64,000 bases of DNA from Guillardia theta CCMP2712. Lineage: Eukaryota; Protista; Cryptophyta. The stretch is taken from assembly GCF_000315625.1 (NCBI RefSeq), contig NW_005434648.1, positions 283,561 to 347,560 on the forward strand, given 5' to 3'. The notes below the pieces were generated by a model that was not told the origin of the DNA, did not search any database, and worked only from the letters and a program-made list of their open reading frames with translations. Shown piece by piece: positions 51,505 through 64,000 of this stretch. A program made the translations under genes and the position numbers. Within the stretch, counting starts at the first letter, position 1, and each line of letters begins with the position of its first letter.

Positions 51505-53108
51505 ATGGCTTTGTGGGAGTTTCTGTGAGACCATTCTGCTTTCTCACCGCATCTCTTGATTCTTGGACTTGCAGAGAGCATGGGAGGTGGTGTGCTTTTG
51601 ACAAACAGGCAGAGCTGGTCCTAGAGCAGGCTGTCGCCTTTGGGCAGACTCAGACCACTGCGAGGTTTTACAATCCTCGGTTGGGCACGGACGTCGACTA
51701 CGTCTATGACCTTGTGTCGATGTGTCAGGTGAAAGTCTCTTGCTCGAACCCAGCGCTGAAATGCAATCAAGATCAATCAATCTACAAGCTTTCGGAGGCA
51801 AATACGGAGGAATCCACCCGGCGGGCCGCATGTTGTCAACGATGCCGTTGAAATCATCAACTTCACGCAAGGGAGCACTGCCGTGGCATCTCAACATGAC
51901 TTTGAGCGGGTCACCAGCCTGCAAGTCGTTGACGTGAGCTCTCCTTCGATCTCCTCGCAGTCGTTCACCTTGGGCTGGCAGGTTTCGAAATTAGCGCACG
52001 ATGATCAGTGTCCGATTTGCCTTGAAGGTAGAGTGTAGGCACGAGCGACATCTGATTGAGATGTTCTTTGGTTCCAGGATTTCTTCATACGCATGATGAT
52101 TTCGAGAAGTGCATCAGGCTCGGCAGGTGACGCAAAAGACGCAAAGCGCCGTGTCGAGGTCCGAGTGATGGTGCTTGTCCAGGTGTGGTAATCACCACTT
52201 TCACCGGAAGTGTGTCGACAATCCCAATTCTTTTGCAAGAGGATTTATCATCTGCCCCATCTGCAAGGAGAGGTGGACGATCTTTCATTCTGGCATTGGA
52301 CCACCTGAGCCTGTGTTGGTCAGGTACGGAGTGGAAACAGGAAGCATGCCAACAGGCAAGATGATTGTATCGCACATCCCCAACGCCTGTGACGGGTTTC
52401 ACGGGACTGGCTCGTACATGATCAAGTGAGCAGCGGCGTCGGCAAGTGCCTGCTACCACTGTGCTGAGTGATTGGCAGGTACGATTTTCATGGTGGCGTT
52501 CAGGTCCAAGGGATGCCGACTCCTGGTAAGCGACTTCCTCCACCCTTTTGCTCCTTGTGACCCTTTGAGCGCAGGTAAGTCCTATCCTGGAACGAGCAGG
52601 ATTGCTTACCTTCCCGACACCCCTGAAGGAAAGAAGGTAAGGGAGCAATAAGTTTCCAACTTGGCTGCGAACAGTCCAAGTTTCACTGTCACTTAGTCCA
52701 CGACTGGGCATGCATGAGAGGCGTACGCTCATTGTGGCTCAGGTCTTGGGACTCCTAAAGAAATCGTTCTCTCGCGGCCTCACCTTTGTAAGATTCCGAA
52801 CTTACAAGTCCTTTTTGTGATTCTTTGACGCAGACCATCGGGCGATCCGTGACGAGAGGGGTAGACAACCTGATCGTGTGGAATGGAATCCACCACAAGA
52901 CGTCCATGACGGGGTAAAATTTTCCCTCTGGCCTCGTGAGATCTGATAGATGACAAACCAGTGGAGTTGCCAACTTCGGCTATCCTGATGCGGAGTATCT
53001 CAACAGGTAGAGAGTTGAACTCTCTACGTAGAGGAGTAGATGTGACGAGTTTGGTTTGTCAGGGTACAGAAGGAGCTTGCGGATAAAGGCATCACTCCGG
53101 ATAGTTGA
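51505..53108 (+). CDS. Deltex-family E3 ubiquitin ligase (WWE-RING-DTC)
   Basis: WWE MALWEFL|EHGRWCAFD...YVYDLVSMCQ|INQSTSFRRQIRR. RING CPIC..CGNHHFHRKC..CPIC. DTC GSMPTGKM, RIAYLPDTPEGKK, TIGRSVTRG, VWNGIHHKT, FGYPDAEYLNRVQKELADKGI. Confidence 0.92.
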
Positions 53109-53189
53109 GGGTCTTTCACTAGGGAAAGTTAAGAATTTACTGATGGACACTCAAAAACTGTTTGTTTTTTTTGCGGCGGGTGGAGGAGT

Positions 53190-54360
53190 TCAGATCCGAC
53201 ACCCGTGAACGAACAGTATGCTTCCCTTTGACAGCTCGATGTCTTCAAGACTTGTGATATTAAACCTTTAGAGAGTGAGCGTGACAGTCTGCAGTGTGCA
53301 ATCCCACCATCAGTACCTGCTCATCGTCTTTCCTGTGTCAATCATGCACTCGAGGTTGAAATGCAAAGATAGCTGGAGGACGAACTGTCTCTCAAGATTG
53401 TTGGAGCTTCTGATCCTACAGGCTCGTGACATCGGGCCAAGTACAAAGGACCACGTACCGATTGACGATGAGCAGCTGTTTTCCTTTGCCACATAGAACC
53501 AGGATCGTCTGCGACTTCACATCAGAGGCAGCCCATGGAAGCTGCAGCGTCAGAGAGCAGTCAGCCAAGACCTTCAAGAGCCTCTCGGTCGTAGCGTCGG
53601 TCTTGAACCCAAAGGTTTCTGCAAGGCCTCCTTCCTCCAGCGAGTAGATGCACTCACACGCGATCACCTGCGGCAAGCGCATCCCAGGAATCAGACCCTC
53701 CTTCAGTCACAACAGCCATGTTCGCTCGTACATAGTCAATGACTGTCAGGTTCGAGAGGTCAAAGTTCTCCACTTGGTCCCAGTTCAACTCCTTGACCAC
53801 CACCTGTATCCCGTTCAGTATGAGCTGCCCGACGACGGAACTAAAACCTGCGACTCCCTCTGAAACTGGTGACTGTTCTTCTCAACATTCTCTTGCAAGA
53901 GGGGTAAGACCCAAGGGACATCTGTCGCCACCACCTGCTGTTCAACACGAGTCTTTGTCGCTGGCACGGCATGTCCATTTCACATACTCTCGCTCCGTGC
54001 AGACCTAGTGCGATCGCCAGCGCTCCAGTCCCACTTCCCAACTCCAAAACATTTCGATCTTGCAAGGATATTCCTTTGAGCAAGCAATGTCAGACGAATC
54101 GACACGTTCCGTCTCTCACACCTGTCTCCGTCAGAAATTGGCTCAACCGAGTCCCTGCGGACCACACGCACCCTCCTTCTCCAACGTAATCGTCCGTTCG
54201 CAGCTTCACACTCTCCTATGCATGACAGAGATATATCAGCTTGTGAGGAGCGGAACAAATGAATAGATCCTACTCCAAAGAGCGAGATCTCTTGGATCGC
54301 CTTGCCTCTCTCGTAGCTTGACAGGGTTTTTTTATCACCAACTTGGGCATCAGCCTCCAT
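53190..54360 (-). CDS. seven-beta-strand protein lysine methyltransferase (METTL21/Methyltransf_16-like)
   Basis: GECVWSAGTRLSQFL, VLELGSGTGALAIAL (motif I), ELNWDQ, VIACECIY. Confidence 0.85.
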
Positions 54361-54662
54361 CGAGCGCTGCGAGCTTCGAGACGAGAGGTCACTGCCTTCC
54401 ACCCGAGCGAGGTACACGGCTTGTGCGAAGCTGTCTCTTGGATCCCAAACACCTTCCTCGTCCTCAAGGCTGCATGGCCGCGCTTCCAGCAACCATGGCC
54501 GTGATCCCTTGGTGGGATCGGAGGTGTGCAATGGGGGACTTGGGGACTAGCTTGGGGGGTTAAAAAATTCGTTAAAAAATATCTTTCATAAAAAAGAGAC
54601 TGTAAAGGTTTGTGAGGGGTGGTCACAGAGTAAAATGGAGGGGTGGGTGATAGGTGACTGAT

Positions 54663-54681
54663 TTTCCCGCCAATTTCGCGC
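54663..54681 (+). promoter_or_regulatory. two tandem E2F-type sites (TTTCCCGC, TTTCGCGC)
   Basis: Sequence ttttcccgccaatttcgcgcaa about 235 bp upstream of the DHFR-TS ATG; both match TTTSSCGC. Confidence 0.65.
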
Positions 54682-54915
54682 AATAATGGCTGTGGGTGCA
54701 TGCAGGAAGCGATGAGATGGGCGAGAAGATCCATGGATGAGGAGATGGAAGATGGATGGCAGACATGACCTGAAGTTAGTTGCTGATGTAGTGTTCAAGT
54801 GCGAGTAGATCTTGTTGCTGTACGTCGATGAAACAACTCATGGTGTTTCGTGTGCCAGGAGACCATTAATCTTTCTCCCCGTACCATGCTCAAACCATGA
54901 TGACACTGTTTGCAG

Positions 54916-57064
<2,149 letters not shown>

Positions 57065-57181
57065 GAGGCTGTCCCACGTAAATGTTGTAGAGTATAACAC
57101 TCAACGAGAGAAATGAGCGTATATTTAAGTCTGGCGTTTCATTCAAATCAATAATTCCCCTCAGAAACTCTGATGAACTCA

Positions 57182-59084
57182 TCAGCACGTGCCGTAGGAA
57201 GACTCGCTGGCCTGCACTGACTCGGTGAACCTGCGCTTGTTCCTTCGCTGAAGAACCAAGAAGATGGTGGCCACGCACACTGTGCAAAAATCAGTGCCAA
57301 GTGCAAGAGACAAATTTTTGAAAATACCAGCACAAATGACGAACAAGAAAGACGAAGAACCATAACTCATCGAGAACGTCTGACCCCTTGCAGCAAGCTC
57401 CACCGGCTCTCCTTCCTCCACCACGTGATGCTGCGTAGAAGGGTAAGGAGACGGAGGAGGTTTAGCGTTCGTCTTACATATGGATGGTGGGAATGCTTCT
57501 TGGCAAGCTTGTGCGACTTCTTCGACTTATCGCCGAGGCCCAGTGCCTTCATTCCCTCAGGAGGAGGCTCAGCAAAGACTGGAAGCAGTGAGTTCCAAAT
57601 CACGGTTTACCAAGAGAATCACCAGCCAGCATGAACGAGCCCGTGTCGAAGATAACGTCCAGGGGCTGTGGTGGAGAACCAATGGCCAGCTGGATGTTGT
57701 ACGTCACCATCTGCTGGGACTTGACGGCAACCTTGTCAGGGTGGCTGGCATCGATGGGTTCTGCAGACGAAACAAGTTACAATTACACCTTCCAAATGTC
57801 GTGGAAAAAGAACTTGAATGCTCACCAGCAAGTTCAGTGAACCTAGCCTTGAGAGCCTGCTTCGTTGCTGAGAGTGCACGTACGAAGTGCTGATCGCGCA
57901 TCTTCCTTCTGGCATGAATCTAGAGATTTGCGTCAGTACACAGAGCCACCAGCCCTCGGCTCGATCACCTTAGTCACAGGATGATGCTTCTGGTGAGCTT
58001 TGAAGGTCAACTGATGGGGAGCATGATTGGGAGTGAGGATACTGCGATCAGTTGCCGCTCCAAGCTGGTAGCTGGGATTCTTCGGGGCAAGTCCCATCTT
58101 CTTTGAGCTAAGGTCCGTCAAGTCATGCAACACAACCCACTTGCGGAAGAAAGGGTCTCCCAAGATCATGGTCTCATCAGTTGGCTCAACGCATTCGGTG
58201 TAGGACATGGCATACGTGTGTTCCACTCCAAAGATGTCACGAGTCTTGTAGAGCAAAGGGTGACGCTCGCCTTTCGCTTGCTCTCGCGCAAGAATGCCGA
58301 AAGGAGATGTTGTGAAGTTGCCTTGCACATTGGTGTTGGGCAAAAGGAGACAAGTGGTACCAGAGTCGAACTCTCCAACGAACGCCTTCTTGTGATTCGC
58401 CTCACCGAAATGCAGCAGTTCAACCCCACCATACGAGATGGAATGGATGTCGATGCCGTACACGTTCTCACCCGTCATATGGAACATGGTGAAGTCGTCT
58501 GACAACATGGCCGGATCGTAACCACCGAGCTGCAACTCTCCGAGCTCGTTGTTGGCTGTGAAGGCAAACTTTCTCGGCATCGGCACACCATCACCAGCGA
58601 AGGGCTGATCAAATATGTTCCAACTTGGACGACTGGGCTGAGTCAGAGTCTTGAGCAGAGCCGCAGATCGTGGCTGATCGGCCCAACCGAATCCAAGAAT
58701 ACCATCAACGTCATCAAAGTTTCTGCTGTTGCAGTGCTCGATCATGCCCATCCTTGTCATCACACTGTAACGACCCAGAGTGGCCATATCCGCACCATCA
58801 TAACCTCTCAAGTTGGTGTTGTCCAAGAACGTGACGTTGACGTTGTTCAGCTTGATCAGGCTGAAGGTGGAAGAGTAGGAAGGACGGAAGTACCTCCCGA
58901 TATGATTGCCGTATGTCTCTCCTCCTTGGTGCCAGAAGTGGCTGTCTAGAGATTGCTTGCGATGATGTCTTGACATCTGCTTCTTCGAGCTGGTCTTAAC
59001 GTCGCCCAGGGCATCCTGCACGACCTTGGCGTGCACACCAGCCAGGACCGACAACAGAGCGATACAGAAAATTCTTGAGTGCAT
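57182..59084 (-). CDS. pepsin-family (A1) aspartic protease with signal peptide and C-terminal TM; circularly permuted domain order
   Basis: Exons 59084-57969, 57919-57826, 57760-57623, 57578-57478, 57430-57182 (a further small intron is likely in the last). DGILGFG, GELQLGGYD, FDSGT (58356-58370) and ILGDPFFRK come before YNIQLAIGSPPQPLDVIFDTGS (DTG motif 57636-57650). Confidence 0.9.
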
Positions 59085-60084
59085 TGTTGAAGAAAGTGTA
59101 ATCAGATCCAAATCAGGCTTCAGAATCCAAAGTAAGAGTCGAGCTGATCCTTATTCTGGTAAATTCCTCCCCTCAACACGTGCTTGTCTGCCGCAAACGA
59201 ACTTCCGATAGTTTCGTCCCCAAGGTGAAGAACAGGAGACGGGCGAAACGACAGACTGGAACTGGATTAAACAAGAAGAGTGAGACACCGGCATCAAATT
59301 TCCATGCATGTCAAGTCGAATCCAATCCTATCTGTCCTCCCTAAATCATTCGAGTTGAATAATCGCCCAGATTCTGCTCAGAATCTGAACTTTATGAAGT
59401 GGTACTCTTCCTGGACAACCTCATTGAATCCCTAGCTTCTGTTCATATTTCCGGGTTCTGCCTGCTTCCACTGTACTTCTGTCATAGTGTTCTCCTCTCT
59501 ACTCTGCGCTCCTTCATCTCTTGACTCCTCCTATCTGGCATGCCTTACCTGAAACGTCCCAGCATGAACTGCCGCAGCCTGTTGCACCACCACCTGCTTT
59601 TATTGGCAACCCCCACCCTACCTTCAATACACAACAAGTAAACTACATGTTCATATGTCTTCAAAACTATTCTTGATATTTGAAATATTTTCATCTATAT
59701 CTGCGTTAATATTTCAACAATGAGTAAGTGACCCACCTCCTTGATCGTGAATCCTGACTACCCACCCCTCTTTGAACGTCGGTATCTCAGCAGTGGCTCT
59801 TCGCACACTAGAAGAAATCGGGTCCTAGTACCGCTATAGGACTGTATGACCCCATTAGAAAATGTCACCATTACCCCTCAATAGAAGGTTGAAAATGCGT
59901 GTATGTTTAGGGTGGGTAATCAAATTCGAGGGGGTGGTGGAGAGATCAAAACTAGGGGTTATTATGAAGTGTTAAAGTTAAAAAAAGAAAAAAAGAAAAA
60001 AAGAAAAATCTGCAACGCGAATGATGACAGCAGCGTTGTTGGTATATCAGGGTGGGGAGGAGAGGTTAGGTGAGTAAACGAGAG

Positions 60085-60192
60085 CAGGAGAGGAGAGGAG
60101 AGGAGAGGAGACGAGAGGAGACGAGAGGAGACGAGAGGAGACGAGAGGAGACGAGAGGAGACGAGAGGAGACGAGAGGAGACGAGAGGAGAG
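60085..60192. repeat. (GAGACGAGAG)n decamer tandem repeat
   Basis: Directly visible. Confidence 0.95.
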
Positions 60193-60682
60193 TCGAGGAA
60201 AAGGACCCAAAAGGGGGCGCCAGGAGAAGTCAAACAGCAAGCCAGGGCACCAAAGACCTTCAGTTCAAGAAGAGTTTTATAAGGCCTGTCCCCATTATGC
60301 AAGCTTTCATCAACTCAGTTGTAATGTTGCAAATCCGACATGCCGGAGGGTAACCTTTCGGGCAGGTTGATAGTGCCAAGGTGGATGCACGGAAAATAGA
60401 CAAATGTATAGATCTGCTGCCAAAGGTCCTTCTGATTCATAAACTGAAGTTATCTGAACCGTGTGTTGACCATGGGCAGCAATTTCAAACCATTTTGATA
60501 TCATCCAATTTCTCGTATGGGAAAAAGTCACACATACCGCGATATGAGTGAGATCATACAGCCCTGGAAGTTTCCTTTGAGTTGATTGAGAGCTGATTAC
60601 AGGGCAACACAGTACGATGATGCTTACAAGGTGGACGGTGAGCGCTGCATTCTGGACGCGTTGAGAAATCCCGGTGACTGTC

Positions 60683-61720
60683 ATGAAACCAGATGCCGTG
60701 GACGAAGATGAAGAATTCGAGAACCGCGCAGGTTCGGCAGAGGAGAGCAGGCGCGATGTAGAACGGTTTTGATCGACCTGCTTCAGCTGGACAGATCAAG
60801 TTCTGGGCGGCACCAGATGAAGGTATATTCAGTATATGAAGGATTGGTCATGGAGCTCAATGTTTTTACTCCAGATCATGAATGCTCCAACTCCCATCAA
60901 GACCCTTTTGCTGGCGACGACTCAAACGGTCAAATGTCAGAGGATGAAGCATTCGTAAACGGCGGGGATGAGCCTGAGCCAACGCAAGTGCCAGAGATTT
61001 GCTCAGAAAGTCCAAGTTTCGCTGTAGAAGGTGTTTTCTGCTTGAGGTTTCTTCAAGTGCATGATGGTTTTCTTGCTTCAAGGTGAACGAAGCTCTCTGA
61101 AGAGAAAGGTGCCGCACCCTTCAGAGTCATCGAAACGGCAACAAGTGACCAATATTCCATTCTCAAGCTATGAATGCAGGAGGTACCTCGAGACAGACGA
61201 GCATCAAGCTCAAGATACGCCCGAGGCCGTGACTTGCAGTTGGGCAAAGGGCTTCGCGATGGGATGGAGTATGGCAGCAACCCTCTCCGTTGCGCAGTCG
61301 CTTCTTCGCGATGCCACAGCCCAGCATATGAGGAGTGAGCCTGAGACTGATCCTGAGTGCGGGATCTTTGTGGGATGGCAGAACAAGGCATGGGATCAAG
61401 AGCCTGTTGCAAATCCTTCGCCCTCCTCAAATGCGCATGATTCCTTGAGAAAACGTCGGGAAACAAGAAGTTCGAAGTCTACACCCACGAAGACAAGTAC
61501 ATCGCAAGAAACAAGTGCGGAAACTCGCGAGTCACCCGCAACGAGGATTCTTGACCTTGTGAAGCAAGCAGAGGAGAAGGTGATTGACTGCTTGTGGCAT
61601 GCTTCAAATGTTTTGACTGGCAATGTCAGTTTGAGAAACAGTACGGCAAGGGCTCGTGGTCTCGCAAACCAACCGGGTCTGACGAAGACTCTGACATGGA
61701 AGATGAAGAAGATGACTTGA
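60683..61720 (+). CDS. hypothetical acidic/Ser-rich protein, multi-exon
   Basis: Consecutive + ORFs 60769-61086 and 61061-61720 with intron-like joins; no family recognised. Confidence 0.45.
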
Positions 61721-62008
61721 TTGTTTGAAACTTCGATGATCAGCGCTGCGATGTTAGTTTCATTCGTGCCGAAAGGGACTCATTAAAGACTGCAGGCTCG
61801 CTGAATTCCTTCAGAAAACTTCTAGCCACGCTCAGTATGCATTTACTGAAGTCGCGCCGTCACTCTTCTCCTGACTTGATGCATCACTGTGCTCTATAAC
61901 TATCACCGTGACTCACTGGTCATCAGCCTGGCCCGCGAGTGCCGCAGAAATAAAACGTCAAAACTTGACGGGGCTGCGGGGGGAGGAGGCTTCTGGCGGT
62001 TGATAGCC

Positions 62009-62708
62009 ATGGCACCTGGCCCGCGGTACAGCGGGATCGAGGTGCCCGGCATGGTGGCAGAGAGGGGGACGAGGATGGAGCATGCTCGTGCAAGTGAGAT
62101 CCTGAGGAGGCATGAGGAGGAGGAGGGTCAGCATGGCGGGGGAGGGGAGAGCGAGGAAGAGGACTCTTTGTGGACTGCAGGAACGAGGGAAGGTGCTGAT
62201 CTTACACGCTATGTGCTTGAGAGCAGCCTTCAGAGCGCTCCTGAGGTGCCTCAGCTGCTACCAGAGTCGGTGGAGCAGGCAGACGTAGGAGATCTCAACA
62301 CCAACCATGCAAGAATAGTCGCTGTGATCGCCTTCTACGGGCAGTCGGCTGATGGGCTGAGCGCTAGGGAGACGTGGATCAGAGAGTTTGCGCTCCTTGT
62401 GCTCATCTACGAGGGCGTGCAGCTCGGTGTGTTCCAGCTGGATTATGCTCCGAAGAGCATCCGTGTCAACCACAGCGAGTTGGTCGGCAGAGTGTACATG
62501 AACATCTCGCAGGAGGCGCTGGGGGCGGTGGAAGATCTGATGGAGTGGGGGCTAGTGAGCAAACTGCACATGATCACCAAGCAGCACCACATGGTGACTT
62601 CATATCAACTCACTGAGAAAGGCAAGAAGTACGTCTCGGGGATCTCGAGCGAGGACATGGAATCGGTGCGGAGGCTGGTATTCGGCCCTGAGGTATGAAG
62701 GCGTTGCC

Positions 62709-62739
<31 letters not shown>

Positions 62740-64000
62740 CAGCCGTACGGCAAGGAGCTGGTTGACATCATGTTCGACGGGTCCTCGTTCTTCCTTACCA
62801 CACCTGCTGGATACAACAAGGAGTCCACAGTGACGGAAGCGGAGGTGGCAGACAGCTGGGCAACTGTTAACTTTGACATTCCTTATCAGGATGTTTCCTA
62901 CGTGACCAGCCCTTACATCCCCGTCAGCCTGAGGGCAGCATGGGGCCCCGACCTCCCAAGGTTGACCCGCCACATGACTTGTATGGAGGAAGTAGTGAGC
63001 TTGCCTTGAACAGCAACAAGGAGAGGGCGTCAGAGTCCTCCACCGCAGCCAGCAACAAGCAGAGCGCAACGGTGGAGGAGCTGTACCTCTCGAGTGTTCG
63101 GGTTCTTTCTTCAGGTTCGTCAGACTTGTTGAGGAGTCTGTGGGGACGAAAACAGGAGGAGGAGGAGGAGGCTGACAAGAAGTGTGCAGAGTACGTGCCG
63201 CTGAATTCAAGCTCGCTTTCCTCGTTGATCTCTTTATTCGGAGCTTACAGCTCGAGAAAGGTAAGTGGAGGGCAGTAGATGAGGAAGGGATTGCAACTGT
63301 GACCATGTCAGTGACAGAAATGACTTTTTCGTCATGACTTGTCACGTCGATGTTCTGAATGTGACATGGCAGGTTGGTTCGTCTCTTGCCGGAGGAATTC
63401 AAACCGACGAGATTCTTTCCTCCTCGAGTGTCAGCTTACCTGCAGGGCTGACTAGAGCCTTCGTGATGGGTAAGGAGGAGAGGGGAAAGGAGGAGGAAGA
63501 AAAGGAGGAGGAGGAGGAGGAGGAGGAGGTATGTAACAGTGGGGCACAGATTATCAGTGAACTCGACAGAAGTGATTGAATTGGCAAGGAGACCTGCTGC
63601 TGACAAAGGTAAATCACAGGGCGGAAGAGCAATACGGTATGTGGACTCAGAGATGAGGATAACTGACGCCTTGCAAGCCGCATGCCATTCGTTTCGGAAC
63701 TATCGCAGCAGTGTCATTGGCGACTATGTGCGGCTCCTTCTGATTCGGCACAATGGCATCCGGCCAGCTGATCATGATCTGGAAGGTATCGATGTGGATT
63801 CAGGATCCAAACTGCAATCCATGTGCGAAGATTTTACAGAGGAATGGGAAAGATTGTTTGTCAAGACTGTCAAGGCTGGTTTGCCGCTTATTGAGAATGT
63901 TTGTTATGGTTCAAAGTCCTCGGTATGTGGGGCCAAAAGATCAGAATGTCCAGCTGGCACTTCCAGTCTCATTCCGGATGAAAATGAAATTAGCGGCAAA
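62009..64000 (+). CDS. hypothetical protein, multi-exon, runs off window
   Basis: ORF 61889-62698 (ATG 62009) continues after a (GAT)n-containing intron into 62742 onward; includes a globular-looking segment WIREFALLVLIYEG..DYAP..MNISQE..YQLTEKG. Confidence 0.65.

Noticed and set aside
57933-59111. Treating the 392-aa ORF as a truncated single-Asp pseudo-protease
   Set aside because: A GT donor at 57968 and in-phase downstream exons supply the missing FDTGS segment.

Overview
Gene-dense, intron-rich eukaryotic nuclear DNA with short GT-AG introns, many microsatellites and one 100-N gap. Microbial rhodopsins, an RWP-RK factor, fused DHFR-TS, signal peptide+Phe plastid targeting and a ciliary gene point to a cryptophyte alga (Guillardia theta-like; inference). 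About 24 protein-coding genes can be reconstructed by hand-splicing, including RBX1, an alpha/beta hydrolase, NAPE-PLD, a full ABCB transporter, two rhodopsins, TrmJ, a membrane RING ligase, a Sushi-repeat protein, CFAP299, RWP-RK, a beta-lactamase-fold hydrolase, Deltex, a lysine methyltransferase and DHFR-TS. Top findings: (1) a pepsin-family aspartic protease that appears circularly permuted, with the prosegment-like stretch and the first catalytic DTG motif placed after the second lobe; (2) a tail-to-tail rhodopsin pair with near-identical bodies and divergent first exons that both end in RRLLQ; (3) a 4E-T/EIF4ENIF1-like protein recognisable only from short motifs; (4) tandem E2F sites upstream of DHFR-TS. 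All gene models and family calls are by eye, with no database searches.
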